Positions 37,456-48,174 of a stretch of 64,000 nucleotides of DNA are shown here, in pieces (positions within the stretch are counted from its first letter, which is position 1; the number at the start of each line of letters is the position of its first letter). The DNA is from Strigamia acuminata (lineage: Eukaryota), in the NCBI GenBank assembly GCA_949358305.1, contig OX442314.1, positions 11,594,001 through 11,658,000 of the forward strand. The letters run 5' to 3'. A model generated the notes under the pieces. That model worked only from the letters and a program-made list of their open reading frames with translations, was not told the origin of the DNA and ran no database searches. The translations under genes were made by a program, and so were the position numbers.

Positions 37456-37936
37456 TTATCCAGGACACACAAAATCAAACGATTTAGCATCTGCATCAGT
37501 TAATCCTACACAGTTAGTGTGATACCACTGATCACAGGAATCACACTGAACCCAATTATTCCAGTTTTTATCTTCTTTGTGACATTTGCCACAAATACCA
37601 ATTGCATTAACGTCTTTTATTAAGGAACATAAGCCCACTAGAAATTTGTAAATTATTTTTCTGAAATCATTGGGATTTACTGTGTCAGTTAAAGACTTGT
37701 TTTTAATTAACTGATAAACATACCAACAAATATAAACACCACAACTACTATTGTCAGTCTGTAATGAGTGAGTTGGTACATCCCATCCCCAATCTTTTGT
37801 TTCAATTTTAAATTTTTGCTTAATTAAATGCATAATATGTTCAAAATTGTTTATTTCAGCCGAAGCTGGACCTTTTCCTAAGGGATCAAGATAAATTACT
37901 TTCCCATGTTCAATGTCGGCTATATATAATGTCCAA
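37456..37936 (-). pseudogene. 5'-truncated Ulp1/SENP (C48) cysteine protease fused to a C-terminal PHD finger
   Basis: The frame is open from the arm breakpoint: (x)WTLYIADIEHGKVIYLDPL...QTDNSSCGVYIC, then CGKC..WVQCDSCDQWYHTNCVG..FVCPG*. The His of the catalytic HW motif falls at the breakpoint. Confidence 0.85.
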
Positions 37937-38111
37937 TAGGAATCTATTATTCCCTAAGCAAGCTAATGGTGGCAAAGTGAGAACTATTACATTACTGCAC
38001 TTTGACCCTAGCTCATACAGAAGAGGAATTATTTTTTCTTTTAATTTATCCACAGTCGTGCCCTGCATTAAACATTAAGAATATATTAAACACCAATCTA
38101 AAAGTAGTAAA

Positions 38112-39415
38112 TATGGAGATCCTGTGGGAGCGCCGGGGCGAATAACTCTTTCGTCTGGATTTACTGGGTGATCTGTGTTGATCAATTCTTCTTCTTCTTC
38201 CTCTTCCTCCGTCTGATCCTCGTTTTCCCCCGAGATTACCTCTTCGTTTTCGGCTTCTGGAGCAATGCCGGGAAGTGGTATCAAATGAAATCGGTTCCGT
38301 CGGATCGTTCTCTTATCGGTTTCGACGATGTATGATCGGGGTGATGTATCGAGTTGTTTTACACGTCCTTCGCGTCGTAGATCGGTGATCCAAACAGTTT
38401 CGCCGATTTTTAGTGGATGTAGTTCTCGTACGCCGTGGTGTCTGTCGTAATTCGTTTTCTGTGTCTTCCGTCTGTTTTCTTCCTTCTGACATAACGTTGA
38501 TTCGTTGGGTGTTTTCGGATTTAATTTCGAGCTGATGATAGGAACTGACAAATTTCGAATAGCTCTTCCGTTCAGTAGTTCGGCTGGTGAAAATCCGTTT
38601 GTGAGAGGAGTTGCGCGGTAAAGCTGCAGTGCGCGATAGCCGTCGTCCGCTTTTTTTAAGCTTCGTTTTATGATTTTCACCGCTGCTTCGACGAATCCGT
38701 TACTTTGAGGAAATCCGGGGCTACTCGTGACGTGAGTAAACTGCCATTCTTTGGCGAACTTCCGAAATTCTGAATTTAATAATGGTCCAAAATGCGTTCC
38801 GTTATCGCTGTAGACGACTTCGGGCGATCCCTGTTCCGAAAATAAAAATTTTAAATGCGTTATAGTTGTTTTCTCGTGGAGGCTTGTCATCGGGAAAATA
38901 AATGGAAATCGCGAGAAGTAATCGGTAACGAGGAGATACCATTTGTTCTCAAGTTTAAATAAATCCATCGCAATCTTTTGCCATGGTTGTTTTGGAAATT
39001 CGGATGGCATCAACAGCTCGTGTCGATTAGTCGTTTCTTTGATGCACTCGGGACAGGTTTTAATTAATTTTTCGAGCTGTGTCGACAAACCTGGCCACCA
39101 AACCGATTGTTTTGCTAAGGCTCTGCATTTAGTTATTCCGAGATGGGCGCCGTGAATTTTTGCCAACATTTCTTTCTGGAGAGCCGCCGGAATTACGATA
39201 CGAGATGCTTTGAGCAGAATTCCCTCATCGACAGTGAGATCCGTTCGATGTTGCCAATAGTCTTTAACAAGTGAGGGAACTTCGTTCTTCGGCGGCCAAT
39301 AATGCTGTGAAAATCTGATGAGATGTCTGCAAATTTCGTCTTCTTGCTGTGTTTTCACGATTTGTTGTAGACGTCCGTCCGTGGCTGGAAGTGATTTGGT
39401 CACCAAATGTACGTA
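38112..39415 (-). CDS. Gypsy pol 3' segment: integrase
   Basis: HGAHLG..CPEC zinc finger; AMDLF, YSDNGTHF, QSNGFVEAAV catalytic core; PRSYIVET..RRNR tail. In frame with the upstream segment once the MITE is removed. Confidence 0.93.
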
Positions 39416-39585
39416 CCGTACTGCCTCGATTAAACGCCGGGGCGTTTATTACTTTTTCCGACCCGACCCCCTCCCGGGCGTGTCAGTTTTTGGCGGCGTT
39501 TAGTGCACTACACGCCGCCTAGCCCCCGGCGTTTAATCGAGGCTCGGCGTTGAGATACGCCCGGCGTTTAATCGAGGCAGTACGG
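39416..39585. mobile_element. 170-bp pogo/Tc1-mariner-type MITE inserted in Gypsy pol
   Basis: 26-bp TIR CCGTACTGCCTCGATTAAACGCCGGG, TA TSD, and an internal copy of the TIR core at 39526-39543. Excision restores ...EIVTYVHLVTKSLP. Confidence 0.92.
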
Positions 39586-41365
39586 TACGTGACTATTTCT
39601 TGATCCAGATCGTAATCGCTCCCCGTTCTTTCGATTGGCCGGCGAGAGAGAGCGTCGGCGAGCCCCAAATCTTTTCCCGCGATGTGAACCACCGTATAGG
39701 CGTGACGCTGGAGTCGTAAACGCATTCTCTGGAGTTTCGGGGTTAATTCATCGAGTGGTTTGGTCATGAAGATCGGAACTAGCGGCTTGTGATCGGTTTC
39801 TAATCGGATCGGGATGCCTGTAATGAAATCTTGAAAACGGTCGCATGCCCAGGTAAGCGCGTATCCCTCTTTGTCGATCTGTGCCCAATTTGTTTGAGCC
39901 GATGTAAAAGTCTTCGCTGCGTATGCAATAGGTCGAAACTCGCCGCTATCTTGTTTTTGCTTCAAAACGGCTCCAACGCCGTAACTTGATGCGTCGGAGG
40001 AAATTACGGTTTCTCGTTTCGGGTCGAACCAAGCGAGGACGGGTTTTGCTGATAATGCGAGTTTCAGTTTTTCGAACGCTTCGTTTTGTATCGGGCTCCA
40101 CAAGTATTCGTTTTTCTCTCGTAGTAAATCGTTTAGTGGGTGTGCTAACGTAGCTAGATGTGGAATGAACCGCCCCAAGTAATTGATCGTACCGAGAAAA
40201 CTACGAAGTTCCGATTTGTTTTGTGGCGCCGGCATTTTAGCTATCGCCTCAATTCGATCGTCGTCGATGTGTACCCCTTCAGAATCGATAATATGGCCCA
40301 AAAACTTGATGCTTGTCACGCCGAAAACGCACTTTTCCTTGTTCATAGTTACGTTTTTTTCAAATAAACGTTTCAAAACGGCCCGTAATCGTTCGTCGTG
40401 CTCCTCGATCGTGTCTCCGTAAATCAAAATATCGTCGACGTTACACTGGACGCCAATTAATCCTTCTAGAATTTCCGTCATTCGTTTCTGAAATACTTCC
40501 GGAGCCGCAACAATGCCGAATGGTAAACGAGTGTATTTAAAACGTCCGAATGGTGTGATGAATGTGGTAAGGAGTTGGGATTCTTCGTCCAATTCGCATT
40601 GCCAAAATCCGTGGTTAGCGTCCAATTTCGAAAAATACTTTGCTTTCCCGAGGCGCCCAAATAGATTTTCCGTGTTTGGCATCGGAAAAATTTCACGTTT
40701 GATGTACACGTTGAGTGGAACGTAATCAACGCACATTCGGATGGTCCCGTCGGGTTTCGGAACTGTGACGAGACCGGAACACCAATCGGTTGGCTCGTCC
40801 ACTGGCACGATAACGCCCAAAAGCAGCATTTTGTCCAAGTTTTTCTTGATTTCGTTTAGTTTCGGAATTGGGGCCCGGCGCGGTGTGGTTAGGGCATGCG
40901 GAACTGCTCCGTCTCGTAATCGTATCTTGTATGGGATTTTGACACGCCCAAGACCCTGAAAAAGCTCTGGATACTCGATCTCTGGTCGTACCGAAGTGTG
41001 AGTCGTTTCCGTCGTTTTTACGCTCAACACGCGTTTCACAATCCCCAAATCCTCACATGTGTCGCCGTCCAATAATGATCGACCGAGATCTTTGACTACG
41101 AATATCTGCGTAAGTTTTTTCTTTCCATGATACGAAATGTCGTCCCAAAAACTGCCCATGGTATCCAAAACGTTTTGATTTGCGCCTTTTAATCGTCTCT
41201 CGGGCTTCCGTAATCTAATTTCTGAAAAATAATTGTTGAATGTTTCAAGCGAAATGCAAGTGACGTCTGCTCCAGTGTCGGCTCGGAATGATAGCCGCAC
41301 GTTCCGTATTTCGGCCGAAATGCTCCACCGTGTTGTCTTCTGTACGGGAAATTCGGTCACAACGT
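39586..41365 (-). CDS. Gypsy pol middle segment: protease, RT, RNase H
   Basis: FRADTGAD; RMCVDY, KLDANHGFWQ, RLPFG, NVDDILI, KFLGH; SSDASSYGVGAVL, ETDHKPL, ADALSR. Confidence 0.94.
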
Positions 41366-41836
41366 TGTTGTTTATCAATGCCAAACAGTCCTCCGTACTT
41401 GTTTTGCACATTTCTTAATGTATTACTGCATTATGCAGCCTAGTGTATTTATTAGGATTTATTTCATTATTTAACATTGGGCATAATGCTGCCTCTATAC
41501 TGTTTACTTTTGTATTACTTATTATTAACACCAGATGGTGTGCATGTATGTTTTTCACAATCACAATGGCCGCTTGCATGCCAGCAAGCACTCATGTATT
41601 TTCTCCATCTAAATGGACCACATTATGTAAGCATTTTCGTTTTTATTAAACATTTAGTTTATTTTTACATTGTGTTTGTCACTCATGAGCACTTTAGAGT
41701 GCAGTGACTTTATTTTCCACCATTTTCAAGCGCTGGAGGTGCGCGCACGTCATTGCGCTCATATTAGCCGTGTTTCGGCATTTAAACTCGCTTCCACACA
41801 CAGTATTTTATACTGTGAGCGCACTCCTCTGCTACA
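41366..41836 (+). repeat. 5' LTR of Copia 2
   Basis: tgttgtttatc...ctctgctaca. Same length as 47704-48174 with no differences seen. Confidence 0.97.
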
Positions 41837-41838
41837 AG

Positions 41839-41856
41839 TGGTAGCAGAGGATGGTT
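41839..41856 (+). promoter_or_regulatory. Primer-binding site (tRNA-iMet)
   Basis: TGGTAGCAGAGGATGGTT is the 18-nt complement of the 3' end of metazoan initiator tRNA-Met. Confidence 0.93.
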
Positions 41857-42689
41857 GCTATCCTTGCAGCACGCCGAAACCGCTAATTTTTATCGCCATT
41901 TTCGCGAAATTCGCGAATTTGCGATAAATTTTCTATTTGCAGATTGCGCCGATTTCCGCGACGATTTTCGTCTCTAGAACGTTCGAGACGACACGCCGAC
42001 GTTCTCACGTAGTCTGCACGACCAGCTCTACGATTTTTCATTTAATTTCGTCCGGATTTCTGCGGGTTTCGCAATTTTCGAGACGAATTTCAATTTATTT
42101 CCAGATTTTCGCCATTTTCCAACGAGAATCAACGTTGGAAACCCGCTTTACACAGCGTGAACGACGATTTGGACTAATTCCCGACTTAGTACACCGTGTA
42201 CGGTCGTTGTATCGACGATTTTTCGACGATTTTCGCATTTTAAATGCGCAACTACGCCATTTTCATCTCTAGATTGGCGCAACGTCTCATCATACTAATT
42301 AAAAATTGCTTTTCAGTAGTCGTAATTAGCTTGTTAGTATTTAAGATAGTATTAAGTTTTTGTGGGTCCCTTAGAATAGTTTGTGCCCTCCGGTTCAGTC
42401 GAACCACCGCACAAACTCATTCCTAGCCAGTGCTTACCGCGGCCAGCAGGTACTCCCGCGCCTCCAGGTAGGCGAACGGACCCCTGTGTGTTGGCTGGCT
42501 AGGGTTATCTGACCACTTCAGAAGTGGTTGCCCAATTCGATTGATATCCGCTTTGACAGTGCTTCGAATAGTGCGCCGTATTTGTGTTGTGCAACGCGAT
42601 ATTGTGCTCCGAGACCGTCAAGTTCATCAATTGTACCATTTTCCGTCCTGTGTGCTTCGCTTCGGATTGTTTCGTAGCTCCACGTCATT

Positions 42690-45600
42690 ATGTCAAAATC
42701 CGTCGAAGCCAATTCCGGACGCCTTCCGATTCTCAGCGTAGGAAACTACGAACTATGGCAGCGCTCAATGCGCATGGTGCTGAGAAGTGAAGAGTTATGG
42801 GAACACGTAACTGAAGAAGAAGAGGCAGAATTCCTTAAAACCGCGGGTGACAAGGAAAAGAAGAAATACAAGCGTCGTAAAGCCAAGGCATTAGGCTTAA
42901 TATACTGTTCTGTAAGCGAGGCGAAGAAGTCTGCGCTAGATGATTGTAAAACCCCGAAGGAAGCATGGGACATTTTAGCCAACATTTATGCGCCATCATC
43001 TCGCGCACGACAGGCAGCCATGCGCCGCGAATTTTTGAATTTGCGCCTAGAGCAGGGCGAAGATATGGCCGACTTCTTAGGACGCGTTGACTATCATGTC
43101 CGCCAAATGAAGGATATCGGAGAGATAACTTCGCCTGATCACCACGCTTACCAATACTTGGACTTATTGCCTCGTGAATATTCACAGATTTCATTCACAA
43201 CATATCACTTGCCCAACGGTGAATTCACACCAAAGAAAGTGTCCGAACAGTTACTCGCGGAACATATGCGACTCAAAGCTATGGATTCACGCGACGTGGA
43301 CAATTCAAAACATTCTCGTGCATATGCTGGTGAAAAACAGCAACGTGGGAGAAATCGTTCTCGTCCCTCTCGACCGTTATCTTCGGTGCAGTGTTTTAAT
43401 TGCCAGGAATTTGGCCATTACGCAAATAAATGTCCTTTGCCATCGCGCCGAGATGACAAGAATCAACCGGCAGCTTCACTTCAAAGGAAGCCGAGGAGTT
43501 CAAGCCATAAACGCAATAAGAACTCAAACCGAGATGATTCTAGACCAAGGGGGAATTCCAGCGCAAGACGAGAAACAAACTTTTTCGCAAGTGCTCCGCA
43601 ACAGTTGCCCACAATTCACTTCATGCAATCACATGAATGGATCGTGGATTGTGGGGCAACAGATCATGTGTGCCACGTCCAGGCTTGGTTTCAGGACTTT
43701 GTTAAAGTTGTGCCCTTTAACATAGCATTAGGTCAAGGACATTCCGAAGTTCTAGGAAAGGGCAAAGTCCAGATTATCTCCATGATCAACAACGTAGAAT
43801 GTGTCGTAAATCTCCAAGATGTGTTGTATGCGCCAAAATTCGAGGCGAATTTGATTTCAGTGTCAAAAATGGACAAAACTAAACATCACATCCATATTTG
43901 GAATGGAGACGTCTATGTCTACAAATCCGACATTAAGCATCCAATGCTTCGGGCCAAAGAAAAGGGCGGCCTTTATTATGTCGACGGCTTGTGCCCACCT
44001 TCAACACTGATGTCAACAGTGGATGTACCTATTGCGCAGTCAATCGCTCCGACCCGAACATTAGTCACGACAGAAGAGGATTTCATCCAGTATCCAAGAG
44101 CAAAGAAAAAGTCGAAAAATCCTGAACTTTTTACTGATTTTCGGCTCGAATTCCCTCCTTTGCCAAATGAAATTCCTCCACCTGCACCAATCAAAGTAAC
44201 CCAGTCCAAGACACCTCCTGTACCTGTTCCTACCAATCCATTACCTCAAGTCCCATCCTTTGCCGACACATTAAAGGCAATTCCTCCAACTTCCAAACCG
44301 AATCTAAAGTCGGCGAATCAAAAGAAAGTTGCAGCGCCTACGGTTAAAAAGGATGCGACTGGGATATGGCACAGCAGATTGGGTCATCTTCACACCAATG
44401 CAATGAAACTTTTGGCCGGAAATAACCAAGTTTATGGAGTGACACCGGCAGAAGTGAACAAGGAACTTTCGTGTAATCATTGTCGAATTGCGAAATCAAC
44501 GCGCATTTCCCATAAACCTGATGAACATCCTATTTCTACAAAGGCTTTAGATCTCCTACACATGGACGTGTGGGGAGCATCAAGAACGACTTCCTACGGA
44601 GGCGCGCGTTATGTGCTAACGATTATCGACGACGCCACGCGCTATGCCTGGATATTTCCGATGGCTCAAAAATCCCAAGTATTTGGATTGTTCAAAGACT
44701 ACGTCACACGAATCGAACGAGTGACAGGCAAACGAGTGAAGGCCATCCGAACTGACCGAGGAGGGGAGTTCTTATCAAACGAATTCGACCGCTATTTAAA
44801 GGAAACTGGGATTCAAGCCCAACGGACCAATCCACATAGTCCCGCTATGAATGGCACAGCGGAAAGAATAAACCGCACCATGGCGGATTACACGCGTGCC
44901 ATCCTAGACGAAACCGGACTTCCGAATGAACTTTGGGCGGAATTCGCAGTAACTTTCTCTTATATAAAGAACCGGTGCCCTCATTCTCGTCTCAAAAATG
45001 AGGTGCCCTATATTTTGTGGCGACGACGTGCCCTTTCGCTCCGACACCTCCGGAAGTTAGGTTCCAAATGCTGGGTACATCACACGGCTCCTGGCAGGGA
45101 CAAATTGGATCCACGAGCTTGGGAGGGCTATTTGGTTGGATACGCCACGACAACGCGAGGTTATCGCGTCTGGAATCCAACAGATAACAAAGTCATCGAA
45201 TCCATTCACGTCCAAATTGACGAACGGCAATCCTACAAACGTTCCAACCATTATCGAGGTCCGCAGCAACCGTGGATAGGACCAGATGAGGACCAATCGC
45301 ATCAAACATCGCAAACTTATCAACCATTGCGCATTTCACAACCGCATGTGAGGTTTGACGACGGACTGGAATATACTGATTGGCCCAAATTTCCGGATTC
45401 AGAGGATGAATGTGATACGGACTATGACTCTGACGATTCGACCCCAGCGGGTGCTCAATTCCGAACTCCGCCAGCCACTCCAACTCCGGGATCTCCTATT
45501 CGAGCCCCTCTAATTACTCCAGTAATAACGCCGGTGCCGAGTCCAGTTATTACTCCCGGCAATACACCAAGTCATACACCACCTGGTTCACCTCCGAGTT

Positions 45601-47495
45601 TTGTAAATGCTCGTCGAGGCTCTCGTGGAAATGCGCCACAAGCTCATCAAGCAGCCCACCATGGTCCACCTCCAACTGGAGCTGCAACTGCATATAAATG
45701 GCGTTACATTGGTGGAGATACTGAGTGTAGACACTGGAAAAGGGAGGAACATTTGCGCAAAGTACAGGAACCTGGAAAACTCAAAGTTGATGTTTACTAT
45801 TTCCCAGAAGCAGGACTCCGATTACGTTCTAGAGGTGACGTTGAGGAATTCTGTCACATGAACAACATTCCTTATGATCCTGAACTATTTTATTTTGGCA
45901 ACATGGAATATGAATTAGAGAATCTTCCGCCACCACTTCCCAGAGTACACCTTTGTCGTCGTGATCCCACAAGTTACGCAGAGGCTGTAAGATTTCCGGA
46001 TGCAACCAAATGGCAGGAAGCCATTAATGAAGAGTTAGACACTTTTGCAGAAAGAGGCGTCTATGAAGAGGTCCCTAAACCGGAAAATACAACCATATTA
46101 GGGTGCAAGTGGCTCTTCAAACTGAAGGAAGATGCTCTAGGCAAACCAGCCAGATATCGCGCCAGATTAGTAGCACAGGGCTTTCGCCAAACTTTAGGTG
46201 TAGACTACGATGAAGTCTTTAGCCCTGTTGTCAACTTTGTTCTCATACGCCTATTCTTCTGCCTATTAGTAGTCCTCAAAGGGTGGAAGGATGCGCATTT
46301 AGATGTGAAGTGCGCGTACCTATACGGCGATCTTGCGCACAAAGTATATATGCGCATTCCAGCTGGCGCAACATGTTCAAATCCAAATCATGTATGGCTC
46401 CTGATAAAGTCGCTCTATGGTCTCCACCAGTCCGGGCGCCAATGGTTTGAGAAATTAGATCAAACATTGCGCGATTTAGGATTTCGCAGATTACCAGGAT
46501 GCAACTGTGTATACATATACGGAACTTCCGCCGTGATGCTAATATACGTCGATGATATAGTTCTATTTTACGCGACGGATAACGTCCTTACACAATTAAT
46601 TGCGCTCATCAGCACCAAATTCGATGTCGTGAATTTAGGACCAATTACAAAACTTTTAGGTGTAGAGTTCATTCGTACTCCCAAGGGAATCTTCATCATC
46701 CAACGTGCATACATACAGAAGATTCTCAAGAAATTTGCAATTGTCGCCGATAAACTCATCAAGGTCCCAGTAACACCAGGAACGACGCTCGTCAAAGGGT
46801 CGAAAGAGGACTTGCCAGAATTTCCTTATCGTTCGTTAATTGGCTCTCTTCTCTTCCTCGCATCGAGGACACGACCTGATATATTATTCTCAGTGATAAT
46901 GTTGTCACAGTTCAATAATTGCTACAACCACACTCACATCAAAGCGCTCATGCAGGTTGTGCGCTACGTAGGCAATACTTTGGATTACGCAATTGAACTG
47001 TCAAATTGTTCCAATGGACAACTATGGGGATATACTGACGCGTCCTGGGCCACCGAAGTCAGCACTTCTTTGAGTTTCGGCGGGTATATAGCCTATATTG
47101 GAAACGTCCCCATCGGATGGAGTTGTCGAAAACAGACCAGCGTGGCGTGCTCAACGATGGAGGCGGAGTTTGTCGCCCTCGTTGAGTGCGTCCGTGAGCT
47201 TTATTGGCTGGATTACGTCTACAGTTCCGTCCCGATGCTGAATAGATCTTCACCACCTTTAGTGTTCTCCGATGCGCTTTCTTCCATCCAATTCACATCA
47301 AATGACGTGGAGAACAGTAAAACGAAACATATCCGAGTGAAATTTCATTGGATTCGGGAATGGTACACAGCAGGTGCATTCCAATTGCGCAAAGTCCCCG
47401 GATCAATGAACGTGGCAGACATTTTTACCAAATGGTTAAGTTCATCTCAACTGCGCCTGCTGATTTCCCGGATTTTCAATTTCAACCTATCGTGA
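42690..47495 (+). CDS. Copia gag-pol polyprotein, 1601 aa (Gag CCHC, protease, integrase, MBD-like, RT, RNase H)
   Basis: CFNCQEFGHYANKC; WIVDCGAT; WHSRLGH..CNHC; HMDVWG / RTDRGGEF / NGTAERINR; YGLHQSGR, LIYVDD; YTDASWA..MEAEF..ADIFTK. Confidence 0.97.
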   Translation: MSKSVEANSGRLPILSVGNYELWQRSMRMVLRSEELWEHVTEEEEAEFLKTAGDKEKKKYKRRKAKALGLIYCSVSEAKKSALDDCKTPKEAWDILANIYAPSSRARQAAMRREFLNLRLEQGEDMADFLGRVDYHVRQMKDIGEITSPDHHAYQYLDLLPREYSQISFTTYHLPNGEFTPKKVSEQLLAEHMRLKAMDSRDVDNSKHSRAYAGEKQQRGRNRSRPSRPLSSVQCFNCQEFGHYANKCPLPSRRDDKNQPAASLQRKPRSSSHKRNKNSNRDDSRPRGNSSARRETNFFASAPQQLPTIHFMQSHEWIVDCGATDHVCHVQAWFQDFVKVVPFNIALGQGHSEVLGKGKVQIISMINNVECVVNLQDVLYAPKFEANLISVSKMDKTKHHIHIWNGDVYVYKSDIKHPMLRAKEKGGLYYVDGLCPPSTLMSTVDVPIAQSIAPTRTLVTTEEDFIQYPRAKKKSKNPELFTDFRLEFPPLPNEIPPPAPIKVTQSKTPPVPVPTNPLPQVPSFADTLKAIPPTSKPNLKSANQKKVAAPTVKKDATGIWHSRLGHLHTNAMKLLAGNNQVYGVTPAEVNKELSCNHCRIAKSTRISHKPDEHPISTKALDLLHMDVWGASRTTSYGGARYVLTIIDDATRYAWIFPMAQKSQVFGLFKDYVTRIERVTGKRVKAIRTDRGGEFLSNEFDRYLKETGIQAQRTNPHSPAMNGTAERINRTMADYTRAILDETGLPNELWAEFAVTFSYIKNRCPHSRLKNEVPYILWRRRALSLRHLRKLGSKCWVHHTAPGRDKLDPRAWEGYLVGYATTTRGYRVWNPTDNKVIESIHVQIDERQSYKRSNHYRGPQQPWIGPDEDQSHQTSQTYQPLRISQPHVRFDDGLEYTDWPKFPDSEDECDTDYDSDDSTPAGAQFRTPPATPTPGSPIRAPLITPVITPVPSPVITPGNTPSHTPPGSPPSFVNARRGSRGNAPQAHQAAHHGPPPTGAATAYKWRYIGGDTECRHWKREEHLRKVQEPGKLKVDVYYFPEAGLRLRSRGDVEEFCHMNNIPYDPELFYFGNMEYELENLPPPLPRVHLCRRDPTSYAEAVRFPDATKWQEAINEELDTFAERGVYEEVPKPENTTILGCKWLFKLKEDALGKPARYRARLVAQGFRQTLGVDYDEVFSPVVNFVLIRLFFCLLVVLKGWKDAHLDVKCAYLYGDLAHKVYMRIPAGATCSNPNHVWLLIKSLYGLHQSGRQWFEKLDQTLRDLGFRRLPGCNCVYIYGTSAVMLIYVDDIVLFYATDNVLTQLIALISTKFDVVNLGPITKLLGVEFIRTPKGIFIIQRAYIQKILKKFAIVADKLIKVPVTPGTTLVKGSKEDLPEFPYRSLIGSLLFLASRTRPDILFSVIMLSQFNNCYNHTHIKALMQVVRYVGNTLDYAIELSNCSNGQLWGYTDASWATEVSTSLSFGGYIAYIGNVPIGWSCRKQTSVACSTMEAEFVALVECVRELYWLDYVYSSVPMLNRSSPPLVFSDALSSIQFTSNDVENSKTKHIRVKFHWIREWYTAGAFQLRKVPGSMNVADIFTKWLSSSQLRLLISRIFNFNLS

Positions 47496-47703
47496 CATTC
47501 TTAATTTAGTTTTACCCGAATTTTGAGGATCATCGAGTTCCAGTGGGAATTTTCGGGCTTCCGTAGTGATTAATATAACAGTACCCGGCTCGATGTTCCG
47601 AATTATTATTTCCATTATTATTATTCTATGTAAAGTTACATTTAAAGTTTTTCCCTTAACTTATTCTTTATTTTTGCGGCTATTTGCCATCGAAGGGGGA
47701 AAT

Positions 47704-48174
47704 TGTTGTTTATCAATGCCAAACAGTCCTCCGTACTTGTTTTGCACATTTCTTAATGTATTACTGCATTATGCAGCCTAGTGTATTTATTAGGATTTAT
47801 TTCATTATTTAACATTGGGCATAATGCTGCCTCTATACTGTTTACTTTTGTATTACTTATTATTAACACCAGATGGTGTGCATGTATGTTTTTCACAATC
47901 ACAATGGCCGCTTGCATGCCAGCAAGCACTCATGTATTTTCTCCATCTAAATGGACCACATTATGTAAGCATTTTCGTTTTTATTAAACATTTAGTTTAT
48001 TTTTACATTGTGTTTGTCACTCATGAGCACTTTAGAGTGCAGTGACTTTATTTTCCACCATTTTCAAGCGCTGGAGGTGCGCGCACGTCATTGCGCTCAT
48101 ATTAGCCGTGTTTCGGCATTTAAACTCGCTTCCACACACAGTATTTTATACTGTGAGCGCACTCCTCTGCTACA
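47704..48174 (+). repeat. 3' LTR of Copia 2
   Basis: Direct repeat of 41366-41836, followed by TSD AACGT. Confidence 0.97.

Larger units (their letters stand above)
41366..48174 (+). mobile_element. Full-length Ty1/Copia LTR retrotransposon 2 (MBD-bearing), nested in the Gypsy ORF
   Basis: Two 471-bp TG...CA LTRs, TSD AACGT (41361-41365 / 48175-48179), perfect tRNA-iMet PBS, PPT gaagggggaaa (47692-47702), intact ORF. Confidence 0.98.

Noticed and set aside
37900..38075. In-frame SGNH-Ulp1 fusion at the right-arm breakpoint
   Set aside because: The minus-strand exon 3 frame (..RFLLDIIYSRH*) stops shortly after the junction, and Ulp1 is in a different frame.
40425..40450. RT motif NVDD instead of YxDD as a sign of inactivation or novelty
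   Set aside because: Both catalytic Asp residues are present, and Mag-like Gypsy RTs often lack the Tyr.
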